Of a stretch of DNA of 64,000 bases, positions 49,770 through 64,000 are shown piece after piece (positions within the stretch are counted from its first letter, which is position 1; each line of letters starts with the position of its first letter). The stretch comes from Geosiphon pyriformis uo1 (Eukaryota; Fungi; Glomeromycota): the NCBI GenBank assembly GCA_016748015.1, contig JAAOMT010000586.1, forward strand, positions 1-64,000. The letters are read 5' to 3'. The translations under genes and the position numbers were made by a program. The notes beneath the pieces were generated by a model, which made no database searches, was not told the DNA's origin, and saw only the letters and a list, made by a program, of their open reading frames with translations.

Positions 49770-52700
49770 TATTATTATTATTTTTATTTTTTTATTATTT
49801 AATGAGTGAAGTCCAAACACTATTTAATGCTATATATCAAAAGAAATGATCTAAATTAAGTGTAAATCATGCACTTTCTACACGTGACCAGTTACTCAGG
49901 TCAGTTAAAACAACACTATACAGCTATGTGAACTAAAACTGCATCATGAATGTCTGAAAAAAACAAATACTGCTTGCAAAAACCAAAACAAACACTGAAA
50001 GTCTCAACAACACCCAACAAATCAACCACACTGGCAGAAAATCTCGACAACAAACCAGGTACTAAAATGGGAGCCAAATCACCTAAAGGAATTAACCTAT
50101 GTTTTTTCATGTATGTGCAATGTCTCGTATGAACCAACCAAATGTCATCTCTGAAGGCAAGACCCAGAAAACGTGTGAAATCCACAATCTTAAAACTGGC
50201 CACTCTGGGGTCATGAAAGACATTGACAGCCTCATGAAACCAATTATTAAAAACAAAACCCTTGTGAAGAGCCATTAACAATAAGGAACCAGAAACACAG
50301 GATGACAAAAGTCACAATATACTTGAAGAGGCGAGGGATAAGCCAAAAAGAGCCTTCCAAGAGCTCACATGGGACTCCAATAACTGTCACCAAGTAGAAT
50401 CATCAACCTTATAGGAAAACACATAATCTGAAACCTCCACATCACCACAATACAAACATATTACACTAGGGTAAAGTCTATTATAAAGGCACTTTTAAAC
50501 AGCCACAGGCAGCCGACAATGCAAAGTCTTCATAAAATAAGTAAGGGCATTAGCCGAGACTCTGCTGGTAAACCCAGTGGCCATATGCAAATCTGAATGC
50601 CATACCAGAGAAGATTATGACCAATCAACCTCGAAAACCAAATCATCCACCAAAAACCTCGAACCCAAACCAATTTTCCAATGTGCATGGCAAATGGAAC
50701 AAAAAATATCATGAACAAAATGCTTAGAATTGCCAGAAACTGCACCACCATCGGCCACCAAAAAGTGCTTATCCAAGTGAGAAGGAAGAAACCAATCAGA
50801 AATAAAATCAGAACCAGCAATCTCATCAGCATGCTTATTCCCCACCACACTTAAGTAACCTTTAACTTTGTGCCAGCCAACTCTCAAATTCTTCCCACAA
50901 ACAATATTAGCAATGTGCTGGCACTCTATCCAACACTGATTGTGAAAGTCAGAACCCAACAAACCCAATTCAGACTTGCACGCATCCAAGGCAGACTGAC
51001 TATTTGAAAACAGGCAAACAGAACTAGAATGGAGAATGCACTCTAGGGCCAAGATGATAGCTTGCAATTCCACCAAGATAGATGACATCAAACCCGAAAC
51101 ACCAACATTCAAGTCCAGATTAATGTTTTCAAAATAAGCAGCAGCATTAGCTCTACAGCCAACTGTGCCCAGATTCTTCAAAGACCTTTTTATGTAGACA
51201 GACAAACAACCAGTGTCAACCTGTGAGAGATGATAGCAAATAGAAAAAAATACACTAGAACCAAGAATACACGAAGAACCAACTACATCCAAAACTGATG
51301 GGGGAGCAGAAAAGGGAGTCACATCATTGAGATACACAGTAGAAAGCTTAAACCAATCTGGGACAGGGCCATGGGAGTCCAACTTTTTCCACCACTTGAA
51401 TGTGAACCAACTAAAGACAGAACCATGATGATCATAAAGTTGATCAACAAAAGCTATACCATAATGCCAGAGAAAAGGGAGAAAACTAGAAAATCTTGAT
51501 TTGCTCAGAACCTCTGACATGGGCACTTCACCATTGAAGCAAAATGCACTGACAAAAAAGCCACCCAGAGACAATTTACAATTGAAAAAAATGCAAATCA
51601 TGCCTGCCAGAAAGTTATTAGAAGCACTGATACAAATATGAACAGGAGAACTCAACAGGTGAATAGAACGTCAACACAAAACTTGCAAATCATGAGATCT
51701 GTGGGAAAATAAGCAACCCAAAACACCATTGGAATTCGCAAAACTGATAAGGGAGACTACTTTGTTCTCTGACTAAATCTGCAAAAAGAACTTCAGATCA
51801 TAAAAGAAGAGATAGTGAATTGTATTACTAGGAAAATCGAGCGGCAGACCAGACTTAAGCTTTAAATCTCTATGAATCATAGCATCCCATTTGTTGTACA
51901 CACCAACTGGAATGGAGTTAAACTGGGTCCTATAACCAACAATGGAATAAAGTACTGCCAAAACCAAATATAAGAATTGTTTATCTGAAACAGCCTTCCT
52001 CAGAACCAGATTGGTGAAAAACTGAATGTTTGAATGTGCTTTAGCCAAACTAGGCCTTGAAAGGCCCTCTGTTGAAAAAAAAATACCCAAATAATGATGA
52101 AACTTGCTCTTTCTAGCAATAGCAATGGGCACACCACTAATGGAAAGACAAAGAATGCTGATTCTGCTATTAATAAGGATGGCCACTGTCTTGTCATTGA
52201 TCCGAAAAAATTCACTAGCAACATCGAGAATATGTTGAGTGGCACTTTGACTGCTGCCGACCCAAATAGTATCATCGACAAATGCGCCAGCAACAAAAAA
52301 AGTAGAAAGTCTAGCCTGAGACTTAGCACAACCACACCTGGAGACAAAATGAGAGTTAAGTCTATAACCACATGCAATCTTCTGCTGCTTGACTTCACAC
52401 AAGAGAGAATCATAAAATATGTGCCACAAAAGAGGAGAAAAGACCTCTCCTTAATCCAAACCATTATGCACATAATAACTACTCATCAGCCCAAAATTCA
52501 TTATAATTTAATTGGTGTGATTCTGATGAATGCCACCAAAAAACCGAATGAACTTGCCACACATTTTAATCCTGACCAAATATTTCCTAAGATGCTCCCA
52601 GCCAACCAAGTTATACACTTTCTACATGTCTTGTAAAACAAGCCAGAATTCACGGTTCTTTTCCAGAGCATCTTTAACAATAGAACCAATAGCAAAAATG

Positions 52701-55700
52701 GGAGATTGAATAGTTGTACTCTTCAAAACTAAGAAGTTGTTACCATGAAGAATGTCAAATACACTACATGCCGAAGAAATCTTATTAGAGAGAATCTTGG
52801 AAAGAATTTTATGAGCCATCTCGATTAAAGCAATAGGATAAGTATTTGTCAGCACATCTTCCCACTTATATGGCTTGGAAATCATCGAGACCCAAGCCTT
52901 CCTCCAAGAACTGAGTACCAATTCATATAACAAACAAGAATTCAAGAGAACTAAAAGGATATCTAAAACAGATCTATCACAATGCTTCCAAAGTTCATTT
53001 GAAATGCCAGAAAGGCCAGCAGCTTTGCCATCAGACAGATCAGAAACCACTCCAAACAACTCATTAAAACTAATTGAATTCATTACACCAGAAAAAGCTT
53101 CATCAAAAACATAATCCAGAGGCTAATATTGATGACACCAATCACTAGAGACATTAGTAACCACTTGATAGGAGTGAGTCCAACCTTCCATAATTTTGTT
53201 CACCCTAGACTTCACAGGATCAAGTTCCAAAATTAGCTCATCACCCACTACCAAGTGGTCCAAAACTACTTTGCAGAAAGGATGCTCCAAAACACTCCAA
53301 ATAGTATGATCCTTGTTCAACTCAAAGCTCTCCATTTTTTTGTCAATCACTGACCTAATCTGAGACTCTTTAGCATAGACTGATTCTGATAACTTGGACG
53401 AACAGTAAGATTTTCTGATTCTGGCCAAAGCTAACCAAATAGTGTTAAAATGGGAACCCAAGAGAAAAAGAGACTTAATAACAGAGGCATTAGCCAGATC
53501 AAAGCCACCCCACAAATCAAGTAGAGAGACAAACTTCCCATGAAATACCAGACATGACGCTTTAACAATTCTCGACACCAAAAGTTCTAATTTATGAAAC
53601 CTAGAGGATGGCTCATTAAAGACACTATTGTAACCCTTGAACCACTTCTTTCCGAAAACACCTTCAGCTGACAAGCACATTATTTGATGAAAAATGTTTC
53701 ACATTGAATCCAGACCTGAATTTTCTGAAGCAACACAGAACTCATCATGAAACATGGCAGCATTAGCCACCGTATCTTCTTCAAACTTGATCTACTTAGT
53801 CTTATCGGCACCCTTAAAATTATATTTTTAACAATTCTTATTCATCTGTTTATGCAACAAGTTCAGACACATGTCCAGAAGGCCACCAAGACCCACAGAA
53901 ACAGAAATGGCATTATGATTAGTGTTAAAGTACTCATCAACAACAAACACATCACAATCCACTACCGCATTAACCAAATTTGATGAGATAAACAAGTAAT
54001 CAATAGTCTGGTAATACCCTGAGAATTGCTCTATGTTGCTACCTTTGCAAATGAGCTCCCACCCAAAGAATTGACCAAGCCCAACTCGAAACATTTTTTG
54101 AAGCTAACACTCTTATGAGAACTGTCTTTATTAAAATTGTCACCCAAGACGATAAAAAAAGACTCATTAACAGCCTTTGCAATCATAGAATTAACATCAC
54201 TTGCTTGAAAAAAATGTATTTTCAGGGATGCTCCAGTATACAGCCCCACAATCGACACAGAGAGTTTGTTTCCGAAGAGCAACTTGATAGAGAAAAGCTG
54301 GCCAGGAATGTCCAAAATTTTACACACATGCTAAGCCAAAGAATTGTTCATAATTATCACCACACCAGAACCTAAATGACCTATGTCCAAACCCAAAGTA
54401 AAAATCCTGACACCATCAAACTTGTTCATGATCCATGGATGGATCTTACCTTTCAGCTTAGTCTCAGTAACAATCAAAATCAGATTGTCTATTTCCTTAT
54501 GCCAATAAATAACATTCAATTATTTACTAGAATTGTTCAACCCATGAATATTGCACATAGCAATTTTCTAAACTAGACCATTCATTGAGAAGAGGGTTGT
54601 AAATTTGCATTACCAACCAGAGCCAAACTATTAAAGTGAGCAGACAAGCATAACACAGATTTGGAAAGGCCTTCCAACATATTCTCCAATTTGATGACAT
54701 GAGAGATGCTGACAAATTTGAAGCCATAACAGTCTCACCACTAGTGGCTTTACTCGATCCCACTCTCATCACTATATCCTCCCTTTGATTCTGTGATGGG
54801 GGGGTCATTGACAGCTGATATCCAGGGCTAGGCTGGGAAACCACCAGCACAAGTGAATCCAACCTCTTAACCAACTCACCAATTTGTTCTGCGAGGCTGA
54901 TAAGACTGCTTTCAATACTGTTTAGTCGTTTTTCCAAAACACCATCAACACAAAGGAGAGGTTTATTATTATCAGTAGAACCAAGAGTAAAACAGACTAC
55001 CAGAAAGAACATGGAGGGGAGGTGTGCCAATCACAGAAGCCCAAGATTTTCTACCAAAAGCCAAAGGCTGGAAAATAGAGGCAGATTTCTTCTCATAAAT
55101 TTTCACCAACCTAAACTTATCCTGAGCTAAGAGAGGAGTCCTCTTGCTTTTAAGACTAGGAGACACAACAGCTGACTTACAAACCAAAAGAGAGTAACCC
55201 AAAGAATTGCAAGCAGAACATAAAGGGGTGACCAAACGCGACCAGTGGAGACCAACTCTTCTTATAACTGGGGTATTGGCTATGGTCCAAGTTATGTCAA
55301 TTTCAGAACTAAAACACACAGTGGCACAGTGTACATAATTGTAGTTGACAGAATTGCAGTCGATCACACACGTTTTCCCATTCACAGAGCCAATGAAATT
55401 CTACAGATCATGAGCCATCATTTCTACAGGGAGAGTGTAGAGCAATGCCCTAAATTTATCTTTAGTATCTTACGTTTGTTTATCAATGTCAGCCCTGGCC
55501 ACACGAACTGCATCTTTATTAATAAGAATAGACCACTCAACAGCCAATAGATCAGCTTAATCTTGATCTTCTAATTCAATAATTGCTTTTTGCTACAAAC
55601 TGACCAGTTGCATTTTGATTATCTTAATCTTCTCAAACTTAGACACAGCTGCATGCACAGTCTCAACAGAAGTTCCCACAAGAATTTCTTTCAACACAAT

Positions 55701-56528
55701 TGCCCGATTCAAATGAGTGTTGACAGGGTGCTTAAGATCGGTATTTACCACAATACCACAATCATTTGTCAATCTTGCTGCAGTCATCATCACCTTTTCA
55801 GAAGTGAAGATAGCATGAATAATCCCACCAAATTTTGAAGAGATAGAGGCCCTCTCAAAACCATTTACACTTGAAAAAATTTTTCTGACAAAATTCAATT
55901 TTTCCTAAGAGGATTTCTTAGCGATAGCCACAAAATCAATATCTAAAGCAAAAGATTTACAAACAAGAACCTGGATGGAAGGCTTAAAAGAGAAAGAAGG
56001 TAGGAGGAAAACAGACTCATTCAAAACACCATCATTATCATTGATAGCATCATAGTTGATTTTTTTCAAAGGCTTTCTCAAAGCTTTCACAGTCTTAATA
56101 CGTGAGCTTTTAGGCATTTGGTTCAGGTCTTCAGCCCCAAGAGCACCACCTTCCCCATAATTGAAGCTGGTTTCCTTCATCAAACACTCCTCTTCCATAT
56201 CAATATTTTCAGTCTCAGTAGTATCACCAGCCTCAAAACCCCTTGAATGACCACCAAACACATTATCAGAAACTCTATCACTACCAATTTTTTCAACCAA
56301 AACACCACCCTTTCTTTTCTTCCTTGACAACTCGAGTTGGGAACCACTACCAAAACCAAAAACTTTAACAGCTTTCCTCATGACAGCAATACTAGGGCCA
56401 ACAGTGGTCTCGTAATTAAGCAAAAATGGTTTGAATTTATCATATTGAATGGTAAAAAACTTTTTTCAAAAAATTATTTTGGCTCTTTTTGGGAATTTTG
56501 GGATGAACGAGAAAAAGAAGATTATGCC
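49770..56528 (-). mobile_element. LINE B: full-length degenerate non-LTR retrotransposon, least decayed copy (ORF1 ~56423-54582; ORF2 54585-49916)
   Basis: IVTETKL, VLGDNFN, TIDYLFIS (APE). KAAGLSGISNELWKH, PIALIE, WLVLQDM, AFVDD (RT). VELQAI, LFSNSQ, WHKVKGY..VVGNKHAD (RNase H). ORF1 knuckle remnant CSACNSLGYSLLVC. (TAA)n tail. Confidence 0.95.
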
Positions 56529-56571
<43 letters not shown>

Positions 56572-56582
56572 TATTATTATTG
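56529..56582. repeat. (TTA)n microsatellite with a TATATA interruption at the LINE B 5' junction
   Basis: Seen directly; the same interrupted array occurs at ~49740-49781. Confidence 0.9.
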
Positions 56583-57339
56583 CTGTTTTGTTTTTTACAG
56601 ATTTACATAATTTAAAAATCTTAATTAATATTTAAAATTATATAATTATAAGATATTATTTAAAATAAGTTATATTATGATAATTAATTTGTATAAGTTA
56701 ATAAATAATTTTGCAGTTTTTATGTTTGACAAACTTTATTTTAATTTTATAATTTAATATTTTAGTATTTTGTATAATTATATAAAAAATTATTTGTTAT
56801 TATTAATTACAAGATTTATTAAAAATATATATTAATTAATATAAAATATTTGGTTTTATTTTATATAAAATTATATTAATCTAATATAAATATATATTGT
56901 AATAATTTTTAAAAAATTTAAATTATTAGTTTAATTACTTTTTAAGTTTGTACTTTTTATATAATAATTATTATTATAACAAACTTTTATAAATTTAAAT
57001 AAAAAAAATTCGTTAGTATATATATTATTAAATAAAAAATATTATTTTTATATAATTAATAATTATTATATAATAATATTAAAAAAGTTTATACATAATA
57101 AATACAATTTATAATCAATAATATTTTTATGCTTAAAACATAAAAAAATAAATTGTTGCTGTATAATTATCTAGTTTAATATATTAATAATACTAATATA
57201 AACTTTAATTAATAATAATTAACTAAAAATTAAAACCAACCAAAAATATTTTTGTAAAAAAATCCAAATTTTTATTTGGTAATATTAAAAAAATTCATAT
57301 ATAATACAATTTATACTTAATAATAATAATATTTTTTTA

Positions 57340-60300
57340 TTAACACTTTATGAATAAGATCCAAATACTATTTAGCACAATACATCAAACTAAGTAATCT
57401 AAACTAAGTACAAATTATGTATTTTCTACATATGACCAGCCATTTAAATCAATCAGAACAATACTATGAATTTATCTTAACAAATACTGTACTAATAATA
57501 CCAGAAAAAAATTGCAAAGCTTGTGAAAACCAAAACTAATAATATGTGCTTTTACACTATTAAGCAATTTGATGATATTATTAGAAAACAATAATGAAAA
57601 CCCATAAGTTCTTAGAAGCACCAAATTATTATACATGATTAAATTTCTTATTTTTATAATTGTTTTAAACCTAGCTCTTACTATTTACATCTTTGTTTAA
57701 TAAGTCATCTCTAAGTTTCTTACTAATTCAATGATCATTTTGCCAACAATTTTAATATATCCAAAAATAGACAAAGTTTTCAAATATCAATTCTTAAAAA
57801 CAAAACATTTGTATAAAGAAATATACACTTTAAAGTCAAAAACACATGTAAAAAACATTTACATGACACAAAATAAAGACAAACTTAATTCCAACATAAA
57901 AACTCACTAAACTATATAAGAATTAAACAATTCCACATAAGTGACAAAGTTTATTATGTATATAAATAAATAGTCAAGAAGTTCTACTTCCCTATAATGC
58001 AAATATAATATATTGGAGTATGTTTTATTATACAAATATTTCTTAACAGCAACTAGCAAATAATAATATAAAGCCTTTATAAAATACAAACACAAATCAA
58101 TAGTAGATTTACTTGTAAAGCCAGATGTCATATGTAAGTTAAGATATTACATCAAAAAAGTTTGAATCTAATTCACATTACCAATTATATTTGTATTAAT
58201 AATATTAAACTTAAGTCCTATCTCCCACCAAGCCTAATAAATGACCCTAAAAATACTATGCATAAAATAATAAATATTTTCAGACACTTCCATTCCACCA
58301 GCCTTAATGTAAACCTCTTTAACAAGTATAGAAAGTATTAAATTCAAGCATGAAGCTAAGTTAGTCAATTTATTAGCATATTTATTGCCTGAAATTCCCA
58401 AATAATTTTTAATCTTAAGCCAAAATATGTCAAGCCTCTTATTTTTAATAGAATTTACTACACTATATTTCTTTATTCAACATCAATTACGAAAATCCAG
58501 CAAAGCCAACTTCAACTTAAATTCACAAACATCTAGAACAGCCTAATTGTCTGAGTATACCACAATACTATTGTTTGCAAGAACACATTCCAAAGCCAAA
58601 GCAATTGCTTGCAATTTAGCCAACATAGAAAAAAACTAAACCACCAATTTTGACATATATGCTCAGATCCAAATTCACAAAAAATGCAGCTGTATTACAC
58701 TTTAACTCATATGTACCTAGGTTTTTTAAAAATCTATCTGTGTAAATATTAATAACATTTAAATTAACATTAAAAAAACACCACCACATCATAAAAAAAC
58801 CACCAAAACTGAAAACATTTAAATGCTATAAGTTATTAAAAAATAACTATGCAATAAGATAACAAAAAAAATTGACCAAATGCTTACATGCCAATTTGAA
58901 CCACACAAAGACAAAGTCTCTAAAATTGAGTTTTTTCTAATGACAAAAACTTTTTTAATTGAAAACTACACTTTTTTTATCATACAATTGTTTAACAAAA
59001 GTGATACAAATTTTTAAACAATCTGGAAACATTATAAAACACCAAATTTTCCAAAACAGAAGACATTAGAGTGCTTTTAAAAAACCAAAATGCTAAAAAA
59101 ATATTGTTGATGAGAAACATATCATAATCCAAAAAAAATTTCACCATACTAGCTAAAAAGTTGTTGACTGGACTGATTTTTAACTTAATAAGAAACTGTA
59201 AAAAATGCACTAAAGACCAACTTGAAACTTGCAAATCAAAGTATTTATAATTGAACAAATAACTGAAAATACTATTAGCATTTAAAAAACACAGCACTAA
59301 AGCCAACTTACTCTTTACTTGTATTTACTCAAAAGATTTTAGACTATACAAAAATAGATAATAAAGAATTTTATTAGAAAAGTTTTGAAACAAATCAATC
59401 TTTATTCTCAAACCTCTCCTAATTAGCGTATTTCATTTATTATACACACTCTTAAAAACAAAACTAAATTGGGTTCTGTAATTAACAATAGAGTGCAGTT
59501 CTGTTAAAACCAAATAGAAAAATTGTTTATTTAAAATAGCTTTTTTTAAAACCATATTAGCAAAAAACCTGATATCTGAATAAGCTTTTACCAGACTAGA
59601 TTTGGACAAACTTTAAAAAGACAAAAAATACCAAGATATTGGTAAGACTTCTCTTTTCACACAATAGAAATTGGCAACTCATTTATTAACAACAAAGTAT
59701 TTTTAACTCTCTGGTTGATAAGAATAACTACTGTTTTTTCATTATTGATTGTAATATTATTAATTTTAAAAAAGCCATTTGCAAATGTCCAAAATATATT
59801 GAATAGCTGCCTAATTATATTTAACCCAAATTGTATTATTAATGAAAGTGCTAGCTGTTAGAAATGAAATTATTTCACTCTGGTTCTTTAATTTGCCAGT
59901 CTTGACAACAAACTTAGTATTAATCTGATAACTACACAAATTCTCTTGCCTTTTGATTTCACACAAAAAAGAGTCATAAAAAATTCTCTAAAGTAAAAAA
60001 GAAAAAATCTTACTCTGGTCTAAAGTATTGTGCATCTAATATCTATTAGACAAATCATAATTAATTATAATCTAATTGATTTTGTTATTGTGAATACTTT
60101 CAAAAAATCTGACAAACCACTTACACATCTTGATCTGAACCAAACTGTTCTTTAGATAATATTAATTTACAGAATTATAAATCTTTTACATATCTTGCAA
60201 AACCAATCAAAGTTCATAACCCTTTTCCAAAACATTTTTAACCACTGAACTGACAGCAAAAATAAGAAATTGGGTGGTAGTGTCTTTCAACACAAAAAAA

Positions 60301-63300
60301 TTGTTACTACAAAGAACATTAAATTCATTATATACTAAAAAAACTCTATTAAAAAGAATTTTGAAAAGAATTTTTTGGGTTGTTTCAATCAATACAATCG
60401 GTCTGGTATTGGTCAAAACACTCTTTCATTTATAAAATTTAGGAATCATTAACACTCAAGCTTTTTTTCAAAATCAAGATATTAACTTACATACCAAACA
60501 AAAATTCAAAAGATCTAAAAACAAAATAAGCACAAAACTGTTACAATGTTTCTATAGCTTATTTGTAATACTAAAAAAATTAACAACTTTTCTATCAAGT
60601 AGGTTTTTGATTATATGCACCATTTTATCATAACTAATAGCACTTATAACACTAGTAAAAGCAGTATCATTAATATAAGCTAATGGCAGATATTAATAAT
60701 GCCATAAATTAAGAACATTATCTAATACTTTTTTCTTTCTAGTCCAGTCTTTTATAATTGCATCAACCTTAAATTTAATCTTAACAGGATCCAGAATTAA
60801 ATCATTATTAGCAACCAAATAATTTAATATTACTTTTTAAAAAAGATACTTTAATACATTCTTGATTATGTGACTGTTATTAACAGTAAAGCTTTTTATT
60901 TTCTTATTAATAGCAGATTTAATATTTATCTCTTCAGTTTTCAATGACTTAATAAGTTTGCAGACACAGTATAACTTCTTTATACCAAAAAAAGCAGATT
61001 TTACATAATCAAAATTAGCATCAGAATCCAATAGAACCTAAATAATTAAAGTCTTACTATGTTTTAAAGATGTCTAATGACTTATTAAAGAAACAAATTT
61101 ACCATTAAAACTTATATGAAAAAACTTGACAATTTTAGAAACTAAAATCTTTAACTTATAAAACTTGGAAAAATTTTTAGTAAAAACACCATTAAAGTTT
61201 TTGAACTACTTCTTTTTGAAAATTTTATCAGTTGATAGACATATCATCTTATAAATAATATTTTATATTGCATCCAAATTTGAGAACTTCTTGGATGTGA
61301 CAAACTTCTTAAAAAATAATATTACATTACCTGCTATGACATTTTTAAATTTGTTTTATTTAATTTCATTAGTATTTTTAATGTTAAACTTTCAATAATT
61401 CTTATTTGTCTGCTTGCACAAAAGATTTAGTTATATATCTAGTAAGTTATCCAAACTTATAAAAACAAAAACAGCCTAATAATCAGTATTGAAATAATTT
61501 TTAACATTTAAAATGTCACAATTTACTATTATATTAATCAAGTTTGAAGAAATAAACACATAGTTAATTGTTTTCATAACATCTTTAAAATTTTTTCATG
61601 TTAATGTTTTTGTAAACAAATTCTTAACTAATAAGTTGACCAGTCCTAAACTAAAGCATTTTTTAAAACTAGCACACTTATGGAAACCATTTTTATTAAA
61701 ATTACCACTCAAAATGACAAAAAAAATTTGTTTACAGCTTTTGCAATCAGAGAGTTAACTTTTTCAGCCTAAGATAAGTACATTAATAGTGTTGTACCAG
61801 CATACAGCCCCAGGATTGAAACAGAAAATTTATTTTTAATGAACAACTTGACAAAAAAAAGACAACCAGAAACTTTAAAAATTTTACATAAATGTCTTGC
61901 TAAGGCAATGTTCATAATAATTACAACACCAAAACCTAAGTAACCAGAGTCCAAACCAGAAACAAATACACAAACATCATCAAACTTATCAGCAATATAT
62001 GAGCAAACTTTTCTCTTTAGCTTAGTTTTAGTAATAATTGAAATCAAATTGTGCATATCTTTATGTCAATAGATAATATTTTTTTGCTTTGCAAAATTGT
62101 TCATACTCTTGACATTGCATGTGGCAATTTTCCAAATCAAATTAATCATTAATGAGAAAAAGTATCTAAATCCAAACTTTTATTGTCTAACTTGGCTAAC
62201 AAGTCTATGACCATATCAAATAAATTGTTTAACTTTTTCTCAAATCTCTTGACAGTTGCTTGATCCAAAACACTACTCTTATTACAGTCTTATTATTAAT
62301 AACTGCATCTAAATTCTTATTTATCATTATATTTATCTCTTAATTCTGTGATAAAAAAGTTACCAATGACTAATGTCCAGAGCTAAACTGGAAAACTATT
62401 GGCCTAAATATGTCTAATCTCTTAACCAGCTTGTTTACTTGCTCTGCAAGACTGTATTTAAGAGTAGCAAACCTATCATTTATATTCACAAAAACCAGCA
62501 GGAAAAACTTTATCTTTGAAGAGAAGCCAAGATTCAATGAATTATTATGCACAGAAAGAAAAAAGAAAAACCTATCAGCAATTATAGTTTAAGAAACACT
62601 ACCAAAAACTACCAAATAAGCAACAGATGTTGAGTGTTTGACATAAATAGCAGTCAATCTGTTTTTATTGGTGTTTAACAATGTTTTATAAAAAGAATAA
62701 CCAAAGAAAAAATTCTTATTTACAAAACAGTTCAATAATATATAATTCAGATTCTTATACTTTATATATTTGACAGATTCCAGATAAAACTAGCATAGAT
62801 TGGTGCCTTTTAGTACTGATGTAATTATTATGGTAGTATTAAATAATTCAGCAAAGTCAAAGTAAACAATTACATATCTGGCCCAAGCAGATGTAATTAG
62901 ATAATAGTTAATAATACATGTTTTTTTACCTACTAAAATAATATAATCTCAAATATTATGTGCATCAGTTTTTACTGACAAAGTATACAACAGTGCTTTA
63001 TTATAATTGCATCTTATAATTTCTTGTTTTTATCAGCTTTAGCAATATGCATGATATTTTTTTTAATTAAAACAAATCATTTAACTATAACTAAATTAGC
63101 ATAATCTGATTGCTTAAATTCTACCACAGCTTTTTGTTACAGCCCTACCAATTATATGTTAATCAACTTAATAACTCTAAACTTAGATAATACAGTATAC
63201 ACAGTCTTAACTAACATCTCAATTGGAATTTTTTTCACAACCACAGTCTAATTTGAATCTCTAACAGACTTTTTGAGATCAATATTTACCAAAATTATTA

Positions 63301-64000
63301 TTTTTTTTATGATATCAGAAGTCTGAACCAAACTTGATTCAAAAATAAATATTGCTTTGATAATTCCAGCAAATTTTGAAAGAGTAAAAGCCTTCCAAAA
63401 CCATTGATTTTTGAAAACAATTTTCTAACTGCCATTAGTTTTTTTTAAAAAAATTTATTAGCAACTTTATTCAGTTCAATATTCATAGCAAAAAATTTTC
63501 TAACAAAAACATTGACCAAGTTCTTTAAAAAAGAAAAAAGCATTAAAAAAATATTCAACAGAATGTCATTATTATTATTATTTAAGAAATTAATTTTTTT
63601 TAATGACTTCTCCAATGTCTTTTTGGTTTATACTCATGAACTTTTAAGTATTTGATTAGAATCTCTCTTAGCAAAAGCATTATTTTTACTATAGTCAAAG
63701 CTGATTTTTTCAACCAAATATTCTTTTTCTATGTTTACATTATTAGACTTAGTGGTATTACCAGCCTCAGAATTTTATAAATAACTGTTTAATTCTTTAA
63801 CAAAAGCCTTTCTGCCATTAATACCATCTTTCAAAGCACATTTTCTTCTTTTCTTCCTAAATAAAACAGATTTAATACTAACACCAGAGCCAAAATTTTT
63901 AAGAGTTTTTTTCATGATAGTGATATTAAGATCAACAATAGTTTCATAATTAAGCAAAAATGGTTTAGATTTATTATATTAAATAGTAAAAAACTTTTTG
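57340..64000 (-). mobile_element. LINE C: heavily AT-eroded copy of the same family, 5' end just beyond the window
   Basis: LNYETIV...RKKRR ORF1 start homologous to LINE B. WKIATCNV near 62130, TNTRPIVLIET, 3' UTR core at ~57423-57455. Confidence 0.9.

Noticed and set aside
49029-56615. Antisense or alternate-frame ORFs within LINEs (e.g. 52094-52636, 56337-56615)
   Set aside because: Shadows of LINE ORFs; the poly-Leu in 56337-56615 is the TTA microsatellite.

Overview
Very AT-rich eukaryotic nuclear DNA with short GT-AG introns. It is fungal, most likely Glomeromycotina; the LINE family resembles the one I recall from Geosiphon pyriformis (inference). Host genes are sparse: a tandem pair of ubiquitin-domain/ADP-ribosyltransferase (ART) fusion genes, two 4-exon membrane-anchored class 3 lipase homologues that both lack the catalytic serine, a 3-exon Zn2Cys6 transcription factor, a small membrane protein and a frameshifted 4-exon gene. 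The rest is transposon debris: three degenerate APE/RT/RNase H LINEs (one carrying a solo LTR), a LINE 3' fragment, Tc1/mariner relics, a pogo-type MITE and long AT-eroded tracts. The main hidden feature, missed by the standard-code ORF track, is at ~36.8-40.2 kb. This segment reads in genetic code 4 (TGA=Trp) and encodes a ~570-codon CxxC + tandem degenerate HIT + coiled-coil + C-terminal TM protein (18 in-frame TGA vs 3 TGG). It looks like Mollicutes/Mycoplasma-related endobacterium (MRE) DNA decaying in the host genome. It abuts a Sola-like transposase that also has TGA at apparent Trp positions, a possible fungus-bacterium-fungus round trip.
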